Positions 34,802-46,133 of a stretch of 64,000 nt of DNA are shown one piece after another. This stretch comes from an uncultured Planctomycetaceae bacterium (GTDB lineage: Bacteria; Planctomycetota; Planctomycetia; Planctomycetales; Planctomycetaceae). The notes beneath the pieces were generated by a model, which saw only the letters and a program-made list of their open reading frames with translations, was not told the DNA's origin and did not search any database. Both the position numbers and the translations under genes were made by a program. How positions within the stretch are numbered: position 1 is the first letter of the stretch; each line of letters opens with the position of its first letter. Location of the stretch: the NCBI GenBank assembly GCA_963815195.1, contig CAWFGE010000008.1:128001-192000 (forward strand), read 5' to 3'.

Positions 34802-36797
34802 ATGGCCGTTGGTACCGTCGACCGCACCACTGACACTCCCGTGGAAGAACCCGCGGAGCCGAAATTCGAGTACCCGGGAGTCCCCACCACGTGCGACGGA
34901 GCGGAAGCCGTCGTCTGGGTCGAAACGCGGATCTCGCAAGGGTCCGGGGCTTACCCAATCACCAGTTCGACCACGATGGGCGGCGGGTTCAACAATGCCG
35001 TGATGAACGGCATCCCCAACCTGTGGGGCGATCAATTGGTGTTCGTCGAGCCGGAGAGCGAGCACTCGGCGGCCACGTTCTGCGAAGGCTACGCCGCCGC
35101 CGGGGGCCGGGTGACGAACTTCACGTCGGGCCAGGGTCTGGTCCTGATGAAAGAAGTCCTCTACACGATTTCCGGCAAACGGCTGCCGATGGTGTTCAAC
35201 ATCGGCGCGGGCGCTGACGAGCCAGGGCCTCAACGTGCATGCCGGGCACGACGATGTGATGAGCGTCGCCGACTGCGGCTGGGGGATTTTGTTCGGCCGC
35301 AACGCCCAGGAAGCCGGCGATTTGTGCCTGATCTCCCGCCGGGCCGCGGAAGCGTGCTCGACGCCGTTTATGAACGTGCAGGACGGCTTTCTCACGACGC
35401 ATACGGTCGAGTCGGTGAAGCTGCTCGAGCCGGAGTTCATGCGGGAGTTCGTCGGTCATCCCGAGGAAAAACTCTATAACCTGATGGACCCGGCCAACCC
35501 GATCATGTCCGGCGTCGTGCAGAACCAAGACTCCTACATGAAGGGCAAAATCGCCCAAAGGCATTATTACGACATGGTCGAGCCCGCGCTGCGGGAAGCC
35601 TTCGAGCTGTTCTACAAAAAGACGGGCCGGCGGTACGATTTCGTCTGCCCGTACCGCTGCGAAGACGCGGAATACGTCATCGTGGGCATGGGCAGCTACA
35701 TGGAAACCGCCCAGACCACGATCGACTATCTGCGGGAGGAGTTGGGCATCAAGGCGGGCTGCTTGAACGTGACCTGCTTCCGCCCGTTCCCGGCGAAGGC
35801 GATTATCGAAGCCCTCAAAGATTGCCTCGCGGTGACGGTCATCGAACGCATGGACGATCCGCTTTCGACGACGGGCAATCACCTCACGCGGGAAATCAAA
35901 GCCGCGTTCTGCGATGCGATCAACGGGCAGAACGGCCAAGAGCCGATCGACCGGATTCCCAAGCTGTACCACGGAGCGGCGGGCCTCGGCAGCCGGGACG
36001 TGCGGGCCGGCGATTTGATCGCCATCGTCCGCAACATGCAAAACGACGGGCCGCACTTCTTCACGGTGGGCATCGATCATCCGACCGCCCTCACCCGCGA
36101 TGAAGACCCGGATCTCCGCCCGACCGGCGCGTTCTCGATGCGCGGCCATTCGGTGGGCGGGTTCGGCTCGGTGACCACGAATAAAGTGATCGCCACCATC
36201 GGCGGGCAGGTGTTCGGCAAGGATGTGCAGGCCTATCCCAAATATGGCTCCGAGAAGAAAGGCCTGCCGACGACCTATTATCTGACCGTGGCCGACTCGC
36301 ACATCTATTCGCACTCGGAACTGGAGCACGTCGATCTGATCGTGCTCAACGATACCACGGCCCTCTTCAGCGGCAACCCGATTAAGGGCATGGTGGACGG
36401 CGGGGCGATCTTTATGCAGAGCCGGTACGACAGCCCGCAGGATGTCTGGGACCGCATTCCGCCGCACCACAAAAAGACGATCCGCGAAAGGAACCTGCGG
36501 GTGTATTTCGCCGACATGGTGAAGATCGCCCGCGAGGTGGCTTCGGTAGCGGACCTGGAAATGCGGATGCAGGGCATCGTGCTGTTGGGGGCGTTTTTGA
36601 AGCTGACCCCCTACGCCAAGGAAGCCCAGATGTCCGCAGAGGACGTGTACGCCGGGGTGGAGTCGGCCCTCCGGAAATACTTCGGCAAAAGAGGCGAACA
36701 GGTCGTCAAGGACAACCTCACCTGCGTCAAACGCGGCTTCGGCGAAATGCAGGAGATCTCCAGGGAGATCATGAACGCCACGGGCGGGCAGGTTTAG
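34802..36797 (+). CDS. Pyruvate/2-oxoacid:ferredoxin oxidoreductase, N-terminal (alpha+gamma) chain; frameshift near 35208
   Basis: AYPITSST, ESEHSAA, FTSGQGLVLM, then (RALTSQGLNV)HAGHDDVM, QDGFLTTH, FRPFP, GLGSRD, YGSEKKG. Restoring one CG in ggcgc[gc]ggg joins the two ORFs. Confidence 0.9.
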
Positions 36798-36839
36798 ATC
36801 GTTTGGCGATTGCCAAGCCTGTGAAACAATCATCTCCAC

Positions 36840-36890
36840 CCCAAGCCGACCGCTTGCGGTCGCGTTCCGACGACAAGTCGTCGGCTTGGG
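36840..36890. repeat. Double-hairpin REP-like element
   Basis: cccaagccgac...gtcggcttggg enclosing the hairpins cgaccgc-tt-gcggtcg and ccgacgac-aa-gtcgtcgg. Confidence 0.65.
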
Positions 36891-36910
36891 AATTTCGTTA
36901 GACACCGGAG

Positions 36911-37396
36911 GTGACACCAACACGGGCCTTCATTGCCCAGAATGGTAGAAAAGTGGCAGATTCTTCAACTTCGGATGAGGAACATGTCATTCTCGAAGTG
37001 GCCGTCACGCCCGTTACGAAGAACACCCCCTGTTCCACAATCAGGCTAACCGAAGGAAATAATGAGTTTGGATGGAGGCACATTCAGCGGAAACACATTT
37101 GTGAAACGCGAGATCCCGACGAGGATCCGGAAGCCAATTGCTTCACCCTCTCCAAAGCAGAAGTGTTGGCGTTGCTCGAGAAACTCCTCGGATCCCCGGC
37201 GGTTGGGAACGCATTAAACCGCGGGCAAAGCAGCATTCGAAATCTGAAATCCGGACAACAGACTTACCGAGTCGATATTGATCTTGAGACATGTGCCGTG
37301 GCGACGTTTTTTCCAATCGGACCGCTAAAGAAGGGAGCATGCAAAGGGAAAGATTGTTCGACAGATTCTGATGCCAATTCTGCATCTAACAGGTGA
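36911..37396 (+). CDS. Hypothetical protein resembling a polymorphic-toxin C-terminal nuclease tip
   Basis: GWRHIQRKH (GxxHIxxxH) and VATFFP motifs; six Cys. Weak GTG start, so it may be a 5'-truncated fragment. Confidence 0.45.
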   Translation: MTPTRAFIAQNGRKVADSSTSDEEHVILEVAVTPVTKNTPCSTIRLTEGNNEFGWRHIQRKHICETRDPDEDPEANCFTLSKAEVLALLEKLLGSPAVGNALNRGQSSIRNLKSGQQTYRVDIDLETCAVATFFPIGPLKKGACKGKDCSTDSDANSASNR

Positions 37397-38121
37397 TTTC
37401 TATGGAAACAGTCACATCCTATTCCTGTGACGCTTTTGATTCGATTCATCGCATTTTGAGCGAGAACGCTCGAAATGCCGAGCTACAAAAGCGGATCGCG
37501 GTGATGGATGATCTTTGGTCCGGAGTGCTGGAGAGCCATGCGGCGAAGGTTGCCTCGGCATTTCAGCGGGCCAATGCCTATAAAGAATTCCAAAAGGCGC
37601 TCGGCGACCCAAAGTCGCTGGAATGCATAGAAACACAAGTCGTGTTTCTGCCGTATTTGTTCGTGGTCTGGCAAGAAATCAAGCGCGACGCAAATTCGTT
37701 TTATCAATCGACGTTTCGTAATTCACACGTCGATACGGATGCAAAAAAATCGGCTCTCGAATTCCATGATTCCATGTGCGGATTACAGGTTCGTGACATC
37801 ATCGAGACCGCGGCGGGCCAGTGGGCGGTCGGCGAATCGCTGGTGGTTGATGTCAGCCTTCTCTACTGCATCTGGACGGCGTCGGAATTGGGCGTCTATT
37901 TCAACGATGCCGTTTATGCCAACGTCTTAGCCTGCTGTAATCCGGCCTTGCCTTTCATGGTTGTCTTCCTGGCATGTTTGTGCCTTCAAGATTCTCACGT
38001 CCATCAAGGAGCGGACGAATCCGCCAAGGGAGAATTTCCGTGGGGGGGGTATTTCACCTCAATGGAATTCCTGGAAAACTGGTCCACAATGCAATCGACG
38101 ATGAAAGGCGTGGGACCGTAA
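37393..38121 (+). CDS. Hypothetical protein, possible immunity partner
   Basis: 242 aa ORF whose GTG overlaps the upstream stop (GTGA); helical; no recognisable motif. Confidence 0.55.
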   Translation: MISMETVTSYSCDAFDSIHRILSENARNAELQKRIAVMDDLWSGVLESHAAKVASAFQRANAYKEFQKALGDPKSLECIETQVVFLPYLFVVWQEIKRDANSFYQSTFRNSHVDTDAKKSALEFHDSMCGLQVRDIIETAAGQWAVGESLVVDVSLLYCIWTASELGVYFNDAVYANVLACCNPALPFMVVFLACLCLQDSHVHQGADESAKGEFPWGGYFTSMEFLENWSTMQSTMKGVGP

Positions 38122-38143
38122 CTGCCTCCGTTGGAGAACACCC

Positions 38144-39025
38144 ATGACACCAATGTTGATCTTATCCCTAGTTCTCGCGGCGGAGCCTCAAAGTGCGCTC
38201 GATATTGAGCAAAAGGCGATGGCCGAGCGGGAAAAGATCGAACGGGGAGAAGTCACCTACGATGTCACGTACAGACAGTTTGAGCGTTCCGGGGAACTCC
38301 GTAGCTCCCAGACATCACGCTATGAAGTAACCTTCGACGACAGCAACGTCCGCACGATCAAAAACCATAGCGAATGGCATGTCTTCACCGACAAATATGC
38401 GTTGTGGCGTCTCGCCCGTTCAGATTTACCTGCCTACCAGAGAGATCTGACGACCCCGCAGGGCCGCCGGTCGGCGACTCAATCTTATCGGCAGAATCTG
38501 CGGGTGCTCGGAATCGCGACCACTGATCCGCCGGGTCTATATATCTATAAGCTGACGGACGTGTTGACCCAGCCCAAACGCGAGAACACAAAACTAACGA
38601 CGCTGAATGTGAATAATCAAAAACTCTTCAAAATCGAATATGACCGGACGGATTTCCCCACGAAAGTGACCTATGTCATTGATCCCGAAAAAGATTACAG
38701 CGTGATCGAAGGGTCCCATGCGACCCCCGATCATGTAAACCGCATCGAGAACACGCTGAAACACTACGATGACAAATTCTGGTATCCCGAAACCGTCCGC
38801 TATACCCGGTCGTTTGGCGGCAAAATGACTTCGGAATCATTGGTGACCGTGAAAAAGGCGGAATTTAACAAGCCGATCGACAAGGATGTCTTTTCGTTCA
38901 AAGGGATTTCTCTTCCGGCGGGAACACGAGTGGAAGAAACGCCTCGCGCCGACCGAACTCGCTATTGGGATGGTGAGAAACTCGTGCCAAAAAGTGAACT
39001 CGATCCCGACATAGAAGACAAATGA
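38144..39025 (+). CDS. Secreted beta-rich hypothetical protein, LolA/LppX-like appearance
   Basis: GGAG RBS, short signal peptide, IDPEKDY...WYP...EFNKPIDKDVFSF pattern. Confidence 0.7.
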   Translation: MTPMLILSLVLAAEPQSALDIEQKAMAEREKIERGEVTYDVTYRQFERSGELRSSQTSRYEVTFDDSNVRTIKNHSEWHVFTDKYALWRLARSDLPAYQRDLTTPQGRRSATQSYRQNLRVLGIATTDPPGLYIYKLTDVLTQPKRENTKLTTLNVNNQKLFKIEYDRTDFPTKVTYVIDPEKDYSVIEGSHATPDHVNRIENTLKHYDDKFWYPETVRYTRSFGGKMTSESLVTVKKAEFNKPIDKDVFSFKGISLPAGTRVEETPRADRTRYWDGEKLVPKSELDPDIEDK

Positions 39026-39125
39026 AGAAAAAACATACGAAGCCTTTGTGACTTTGTGTGACCGTTTAACCCCATTTTGAAGCAATCCACATCCAAATCC
39101 GCTTCCCGGATGAAAGGCACTTAAG

Positions 39126-40770
39126 ATGTCAACCGTCGAAAAACCTGCTTCGATGAATGTCGCCAACGAACGCGATCCGCATAACAACAACTCCTATGGC
39201 ACCTTGGTGGACAGCGACTATGTGCCGCGTGGAACTGCCCATTCTCGATGTGGACGACTTCAACAACCGCATCATCTGCGGGTACGAGCAAGGCTACGGC
39301 GAAAAGCTGCTGCCGGCGGATCTGACCACGGCCCGCTCGCTCATTCCCGCCGGCACCGCGACGCTGCGGGACTTCAGCTATGTCGCCCCGGAGATTCCCG
39401 AATACATCACCGAGAACTGCACCGGCTGCATGGACTGCGTCACGGAGTGCCCGGACACCGCGATTCTGGGCAAGGTGCTTTCCGAATCGCAGCTCGAGGA
39501 GAAGCTCAACGAACTTCCCGCAGAAGATCGCGAGATGTTCCGCGCCCAATGGTCCAAGACCAAAAAGTATTACGACGGCCCCAAGAAGAAGGGCAAAGAG
39601 GGCGGGATGTTCAACATCATGATCGACCCCTCGAAATGCAAAGGCTGCGCGGAATGCGTGACCGTCTGCGATGACCTCGCCCTTAAGATGATTCCCAAAT
39701 CCGAAGAGACGATGGAGAGCATCCGCAAAAGCCATCGCTACTTCAAACAGATCGGCCCGTCCAACGAGGACTACATCAACGACAACCTCTTGATCGACAT
39801 GATGCTCAAAGAGCAGACCCATATTTACGTCGGCGGGGCCGGTTCGTGCGCGGGCTGCGGCGAAGGCACGGCTCTGCGGATGATGTGCTCGGCGACGGGA
39901 GCCAAGTACGGCGACCAGTGGGCCATCGTCGCCGCCACCGGCTGCAACACCGTTTATACTTCGACCTATCCCTACAATCCGTACCTCGTGCCTTGGACCA
40001 ATTCGCTCTTTGAAAACGCGCCGGCCGATGCGATGGGCGTGCGGGCCCGCTGGGATCAAAAGGGCTGGAAGGACAAGCCCATCTGGTGCATCGGCGGCGA
40101 CGGGGCGATGTTCGACATCGGCTTTCAGTCGCTGTCGCGGATGCTCGCCTCGGGCATGCACATCAAAATCTTCGTGCTCGATACGCAGGTGTATTCCAAC
40201 ACCGGCGGCCAGGCTTCGACCAGCACCTTCACCGGCCAGAACACCAAAATGAGCGTGCACGGCAAAGTCATCGACGGCAAACAGGAACGCCGCAAGGAAA
40301 TCGCCCAGATCGCGATGATGCACCCGCACACCTTCGTGGCCCAGACGACCTGCGCCCACGTCAACCACTTCTACAAGTCGGTGTTGGGGGCGCTCGAATT
40401 TGACGGGCCGGCTCTCATCAGCTGCTACACGACCTGCCAGCCCGAGCACGGCGTGGGCGACAACATGGCCACCGACCAGGCCCGGCTCGCCGTCGATTCG
40501 CGGGCGTTTCCACTGTTGATTTTCGATCCCAGCAAAGGCACCCGGCTCAAAGAGCGGCTCACGCTCCAAGGCAATCCCGCCGTCAAAGACGAGTGGTGGA
40601 AGAACCCCAAAACCGGCGAGGTCGTGGACTTCATCACCTTCGCCCGCAGCGAAGGCCGATTCGGAAAGCACTTCGACAAAGATGGCAACCCATCCCGCAC
40701 GCTGCTCGCCGCCAAACAAGACCGCCTGGAAAACTGGCAACTGCTCCAGGAACTCGCGGGCTTGATTTGA
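39126..40770 (+). CDS. 2-oxoacid:ferredoxin oxidoreductase, ferredoxin + TPP-binding (delta+beta) chain; frameshift near 39226
   Basis: CTGCMDCVTECP, CKGCAECVTVC, GAGSCAGCGE, ATGC, SLFEN, GGDGAMFDIG, DTQVYSNTGGQ. The likely N-terminus MSTVEKP... is in another frame. Confidence 0.9.
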
Positions 40771-40795
40771 GGAAGATCGCACGCGATTTTCATCT

Positions 40796-41921
40796 ATGAT
40801 TCAAAGCACCATCACGCTGCTCACGCCTCGCGGTCGCGGGGCGGTGGCGACGCTGCGGTTTGAAGGGCCGGTCGAGAATTTGGCGGGGTTCTTCACCGCC
40901 GCGAACGGCCGGCCGCTCGGCGAACACGACTTGAACCGCGTGGTCTTCGGGCATTGGGGGCGGGAGGTTCCCGAAGACGTCGTGATCTGCCGGACTGCGG
41001 AGGATGTCGCCGAGATCCACTGCCACGGCGGTGATGCCGCGGCGGGGCGGATTTTAAGGGATGTGGAATCCCTCGGCGGCCGGCGGGAAACGTGGCCGGC
41101 GATGCTCGAGCGGACCGAAGGCAAGTTCCACCGCGAATGGACCGAGGCCGTTTCGCAAGCGACGACGAAGCGCACTGCGGGGATTTTGCTCCGGCAGCGC
41201 GAGTTGTTTCCGCAAGCCATCCGCGAATTGCAAAGCCTGATCGCCGCGGCCCGCACGGATTGGGAAGCGATCCGGTCGCGAATCGAGAGTTTGCTCAAAT
41301 GGGCGGAGTTCGGTCTGCATCTGACGAAGCCTTGGGAGGTGGTGCTCGGCGGGCCGCCGAACGTGGGGAAGTCGAGCCTGATCAATGCCCTCGTGGGTTA
41401 TGCCCGTTCGATTGTGTATGACCAGCCGGGCACGACGCGGGACGTGGTCACCGCGGAGTCGGCGTTCGAGGGTTGGCCGGTCCGCCTCGCCGACACCGCG
41501 GGCCTTCGCGAACAGGCCGAGCCCTTGGAAGCCGAGGGCATCTTGCGGGCGAAAAGAAGACTCGCCGCGGCGGATTGTCAAATCCTGCTCATCGACGTGA
41601 GCCGGCCGCGCCACCCTAATCGATCGGCAGCTTCGCGAGGAGTTTCCGAAGGCGATCCTCATCGCCCACAAATGCGATCTGCCGAACCGCCGCGCCCACG
41701 ATCTCCCGCCGGAAGCGATTGCCGTCTCGTCCCTCACCGGCGAAGGCGTGGACCGGCTCGTTCAAAAGCTGATCCACCGCCTCATCCCGCAGGTTCCCCC
41801 CGCCGAAGAAGCCGGGCCCTTCACGAATCGGCAAGTCGATCTGCTTGAAAACGCCTATGAACCGGCGCAGAGCGAAGATGCCGAGGCTTTGCAGCGACTG
41901 CTCGGGGAATTATTGTCATAA
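40796..41921 (+). CDS. MnmE/TrmE-like GTPase, short form; frameshift near 41610
   Basis: TPRGRGAVA, EIHCHGG, GPPNVGKSSLINAL, PGTTRD, DTAGLR. After the shift: AILIAHKCDL, VSSLTGEGV, RQVDLL, stop at 41921. No C-terminal FC(I/V)GK. Confidence 0.82.
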
Positions 41922-42071
41922 AGGCGAGCGGGGGGCGTAAGCCCCCTGGTTTGCCACGATGGCGAGTTGACGATCTTTCCGTTATTCATCGATTCCCGCG
42001 GATGTCGATTCGCGAAAACAACTTGTTGAAGCGATTCACGTAACCAGGGGGCTGACGCCCCCCGCTCGCCT
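41922..42071. repeat. Inverted REP-like pair, GGCGAGCG(G/T)GGG.CGT.AGCCCC family
   Basis: aggcgagcggggggcgtaagccccctggt ... accagggggctgacgccccccgctcgcct. Related copies near 31322, 42837, 46155, 46301, 63929 and 63975. Confidence 0.8.
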
Positions 42072-42078
42072 TGAGGAG

Positions 42079-42864
42079 ATGGGATTGATCATGCGCGTGT
42101 TAATCACCGGAGCCGGCGGGACTGTGGGCCGGCAGCTTGTGCGGGCTTTGGAGCAGGAGCACGAGCTGCGGTTGGGCGATGTGCAGCCGCTCGATGATCC
42201 GCGGTTTGTGTCCTGCGACGTGACTGACCCGCAGCAAGTGCATCGGGCGATGGAAGGCATCGACGCCGTGGTGCATCTGGCGATCGCTACCGGCTTTGAA
42301 GGCGATTACGAGGGTGACGCCTTCAACCAGCGGCGGTTCGATGTCAACGTCAAAGGCACCTGGAACGTGTTGAACGCCGCGGCCCGGGCGGGCGTGAAGC
42401 GGGTCGTGCACACGTCGAGCATCATGGTCGTCTGGGGCTATCCGCCGGGCGAAGGGGTCGCGTCCGATGCTCCGCCCAAACCGGAAGGCACGTATGCGAC
42501 GACGAAACTCCTCGCGGAAATTCTCTGCGAACAGGCGGCCCTGCAAGAGGGGCTCTCCATCGTCTGCCTGCGGATCGCCAAGCCCGTGGATACGGACGAT
42601 CCCGCCCTCAAAACCCGCCGACTGCGCCCGCAGTGGATCCCGTTCTCGGAACTCGTCCGCGGCTATGCCCTCGCGCTCACTGCTGCCAACATCGGCTTTG
42701 AGATCATCACCCTCGTCGGCGACAGCTCCCGCCGGCGGTGGGATCTTTCTAAAGCAGAGCGCGTCTTGGGTTATCGACCGGAACTCCGCTGGGATGATTT
42801 GGGCTTCACGCTAGGCGATGAGCGCGAACCATTTCCAGGCGAGCGTGGGACGTCAGCCCCATGA
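42079..42864 (+). CDS. NAD-dependent epimerase/dehydratase, uronate-dehydrogenase-like SDR
   Basis: VLITGAGGTVG, DAVVHLA, NVKGTWNVL, TSS, YATTK. Confidence 0.88.
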   Translation: MGLIMRVLITGAGGTVGRQLVRALEQEHELRLGDVQPLDDPRFVSCDVTDPQQVHRAMEGIDAVVHLAIATGFEGDYEGDAFNQRRFDVNVKGTWNVLNAAARAGVKRVVHTSSIMVVWGYPPGEGVASDAPPKPEGTYATTKLLAEILCEQAALQEGLSIVCLRIAKPVDTDDPALKTRRLRPQWIPFSELVRGYALALTAANIGFEIITLVGDSSRRRWDLSKAERVLGYRPELRWDDLGFTLGDEREPFPGERGTSAP

Positions 42865-42999
42865 TTCCGATGAGTGCTCCAAAACGTGATATTTTCCAGG
42901 ACACATCAGAGAAAACGCCGGCTGTCACAAGCGCTCGCGAGTCATCAGCCAGCTTACGCTGGCCGCTCGCCTTTTGACTCTTCACCGGAAAATAAGCAA

Positions 43000-44512
43000 A
43001 TGACAACTGACGCCCCGCCGCTGTTTTCGCTGGATTCGATCGAAAAATCGTTCGGAAGCGTGATGGCTTTGAAGCCTTTGACGCTGGATGTCCGCGCGGG
43101 GGAGATTTTGGGATTGATCGGCGAGAACGGGGCCGGGAAATCCACGCTGATCAAGCTCATCAGCGGCGTCTATCGGCCGGATGCGGGGACGTTTCGCTTT
43201 GCGGGCCGGCCGATCGAGTTTTCTTCGCCGAGCGATTCGCTGGCGGCGGGGATTGCGACGATTCATCAAGAGCTGGAATACTTCGGCAAGCTCTCGGTTG
43301 CGGAAAACATGCTGATGGGCGAAGAGTGGCCGCGCAAAGCCTGGGGCGGCGTGGATTGGAAAACGCTTTCGCAAACAGCCGCCCGGAGGCTGGCGAATTT
43401 TGAATTGGAGCTTTCCCCGGAAACTTTGTTCGACAATCTGACCGCCGCGGAGAAGCAGGAAGTCGCGATCGCGGCGGCTCTTTCACGGGACGCGAGGCTG
43501 TTGATCCTCGATGAGCCGACGGCCAGCCTCACCGAGCCGGAGGTCCGGCGGCTGTTCGCCCATCTTCGGCGGCTGAAGAACCAAGGCGTGGCGATGATTT
43601 ATGTCTCGCACCGCATGGACGAAATCGCCGCGCTCACCGACCGCGTGGCCGTGCTCCGCGACGGCGAACTCGTGGCGACGCATCAAACGGCGAACGTCAG
43701 CGTGGGCGAGTTGATCCACGACATGATCGGCCGGCCGCTCGAACAGGTTTATCCGCGCACGCGAAAAGCCGCGGCGGGCCAGCCGGTGTTAAAGCTCGCA
43801 CATCTTTCGCGGGCCGGTTTGTTCGAGGACGTCTCGCTCGAAGTGCGGGCCGGGGAGATCGTGGGGCTGGGCGGTCTGGTCGGGGCCGGCCGATCGGAAT
43901 TGGCCCGCGCGATCTATGGGCTTTATCCCGCCGACGCCGGCGAGATGCGATTGCTCGGCCAGCCGTGGAAGCCCAAGTCCGCCCACGCATCGCTCAAGCG
44001 CGGCCTCGTGTATTTGCCGGAGGAACGCAAACGGCAAGGGCTGGTCCTGGAGCATAGCCTCGGGGACACGGTGAGCATCGGGTTTTCGGATCGGCTCAGC
44101 CGGTTCGGTTTATTGCCCAAGAGAAAAGAGCGGGCCGCCGTCGCAGAAATTCTGAAGCAATACGACGTCCGCGCGGCCGGTCCCGAGCAGGCGGTGGGCA
44201 CATTGAGCGGCGGCAATCAGCAGAAGGCTGTTGTTGGGCCGATTGCTGGGCCGCGATCCCCAGGTGATCATTCTCGATGAACCCACCCGCGGGGTCGATG
44301 TGGGAGCGAAAGCCCAAATTCACGCGGCGATCGACCGGCTTGCCGCCGCTGGCAAGGGTGTGCTGTTCATCTCCAGCGACCTGCCGGAACTGATCGGCAT
44401 GAGCGACCGCATCCTCGTGATGAACCGCGGCCAACTCGCCGAGGAACTGACGGGCGGCGCCATGACCGAACACAACGTGCTGCTCGCGGCCTCGGGGTTG
44501 TACTCGGGATGA
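43000..44512 (+). CDS. Sugar ABC transporter ATP-binding protein, RbsA/MglA type; frameshift near 44230
   Basis: GENGAGKSTL, ILDEPTASL, SHRMDE, GLVGAGRSE, LSGGNQQK, then in the next frame ILDEPTRGVDVGAK, SSDLPEL. Confidence 0.9.
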
Positions 44513-44525
44513 AACCGAATTTCTT

Positions 44526-46133
44526 TCAGCGGGCCGTTTGCAGTTCGCCGGAGGATTCGGACACGTCCGGTTTTTTCTTGCGCTTTTTCTTTTTGCGGGC
44601 GGGATTTTGTTGGTCGCCGGCGGGGTCTTGTTCGTCCTCTTCGGGTTCAAAATCCAAGGCGATCCGCCAACCAAGCCGGCCCAACAGCCGGGCGCAGAAA
44701 AAGCACCAGCCGGCGAGGAGCGGGGCGACGGTGATCGCGCTCAGAAACGGGTGCTTTCCGAATTCCCCATACAGCGGCACGAGCCACACCGCCGTCAGGC
44801 ACGCGGTCAGTCCGTAAAACACGGCCCAGATCCCGGTGTGCGATTTGAGGCTGCGGACGATCGGCCACGTGAACGGGATAAACGGCGTGCCCGCTTCCAG
44901 AGACGACAACAACACCACCGGATACAACAAAAACCCGAAGATCATCGAAGGCAGCCACGCCGACCCGAAGAAAATGCCGAACGCATGCCCGGCCAGGGCG
45001 CTTAAGACTTCTGTGACGATCAACAGGAAGCAGAGATAAACCAGGTCGCCGGCTTGCTCCCGCACGTCCGGTTCGGGCCAGCCGTCGATCTTGTTGTTCC
45101 CTGCCGAGGTTTCCAGGAGGATCGGCAAGCTGCACGAGGCCGCATAGGACAGACCCCAGATCGAGATGAAAATCGCCACGAGTCCCACGAAAGGCAGCGG
45201 AAGAAAGAGATCGCTCTGATACAGGTAGAAACAGAACGCCCAGACAATTCCCATCACGGAAAACCCCACGGTCGCATAGATCCAGCGGATCAAAACGGCG
45301 GGCCGGAACAGAAAACTCAAAAACACGTCCGAAAAGAACAACCACTTGGGCGGCGGCTCGTGTTCGACTTGCCGAATCTCCGCGAGCGCATCGTCGACGT
45401 TTTTTTCAGGCCTTCCCATCCGGGTCGGTTTGTCCGCAGGCACCGGCAGGGCGTCAACATTCGCCAGCTTCCGCCGTTTCCGCTTCTTTTTTTGGGGAGC
45501 GTCCTCCGCCGTCTCGGCAGCGTCTTGCAAATAGGCGTCCCAGGCGATTTTGTCCTTTTCCTCGCGCTGGGGTTCGGGCGGTTTCGGCTGCGGAGATTCC
45601 TTAAGGGGTTTGGATTCTTGTTGGGGCGGAGTTGTCATCGCCGGGATGGGGACATCTTCGAGACATTCCGGGCAGAGCACGGTCTGGGTCGTTTCGGACC
45701 GGGCCGACTCGAAATTCGCCCCGCACGCGGGACACGTCACGCGGGCCTCGGAAGCCGGCGGGGAAAGATCGCCCGCGTCCTCTTCCCGATCGTCCGGCGA
45801 ACTTTGAGCGGACCTGGCCGGTGTGGATTCGCCGGAAGATTTTCGGGAGCGTTTGGGGGAAAGCGGCGTCGCCGCCGGGGCCGGGGCGGGCGGTTCCAGT
45901 TCGCTGGGCGTCCGCTCCCAACCTGCGGGCAAGGCGAGGCGATAGGTGCCCGCGTCGTCGGTTTCGGCCCGTCGGCGTTCCAACTCGTCTTCCAGTTCGG
46001 CGGCAGCCGGCACTCGCACGGGCTCCGCGCACTCCGGGCAGCGAGCGAAATAGGGCGTCGCGCGCACGGCCGGCCGAAACCGGGCCTCGCACCGCGGACA
46101 AGTCACCTCAAAAGGTCCCAAGGCGTCAGTCAC
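44526..46133 (-). CDS. Membrane protein with two zinc ribbons, a disordered linker and about 6 TM helices
   Basis: CPRC..CPEC and CPAC..CPEC; hydrophobic C-terminal half; basic tail KKKKRKKK. Confidence 0.78.
   Translation of the reverse strand: MTDALGPFEVTCPRCEARFRPAVRATPYFARCPECAEPVRVPAAAELEDELERRRAETDDAGTYRLALPAGWERTPSELEPPAPAPAATPLSPKRSRKSSGESTPARSAQSSPDDREEDAGDLSPPASEARVTCPACGANFESARSETTQTVLCPECLEDVPIPAMTTPPQQESKPLKESPQPKPPEPQREEKDKIAWDAYLQDAAETAEDAPQKKKRKRRKLANVDALPVPADKPTRMGRPEKNVDDALAEIRQVEHEPPPKWLFFSDVFLSFLFRPAVLIRWIYATVGFSVMGIVWAFCFYLYQSDLFLPLPFVGLVAIFISIWGLSYAASCSLPILLETSAGNNKIDGWPEPDVREQAGDLVYLCFLLIVTEVLSALAGHAFGIFFGSAWLPSMIFGFLLYPVVLLSSLEAGTPFIPFTWPIVRSLKSHTGIWAVFYGLTACLTAVWLVPLYGEFGKHPFLSAITVAPLLAGWCFFCARLLGRLGWRIALDFEPEEDEQDPAGDQQNPARKKKKRKKKPDVSESSGELQTAR

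Noticed and set aside
36798..39125. Integron cassette array in the PFOR insert
   Set aside because: No integrase, no repeated attC-like sites between the three genes, and no flanking direct repeat found by eye.
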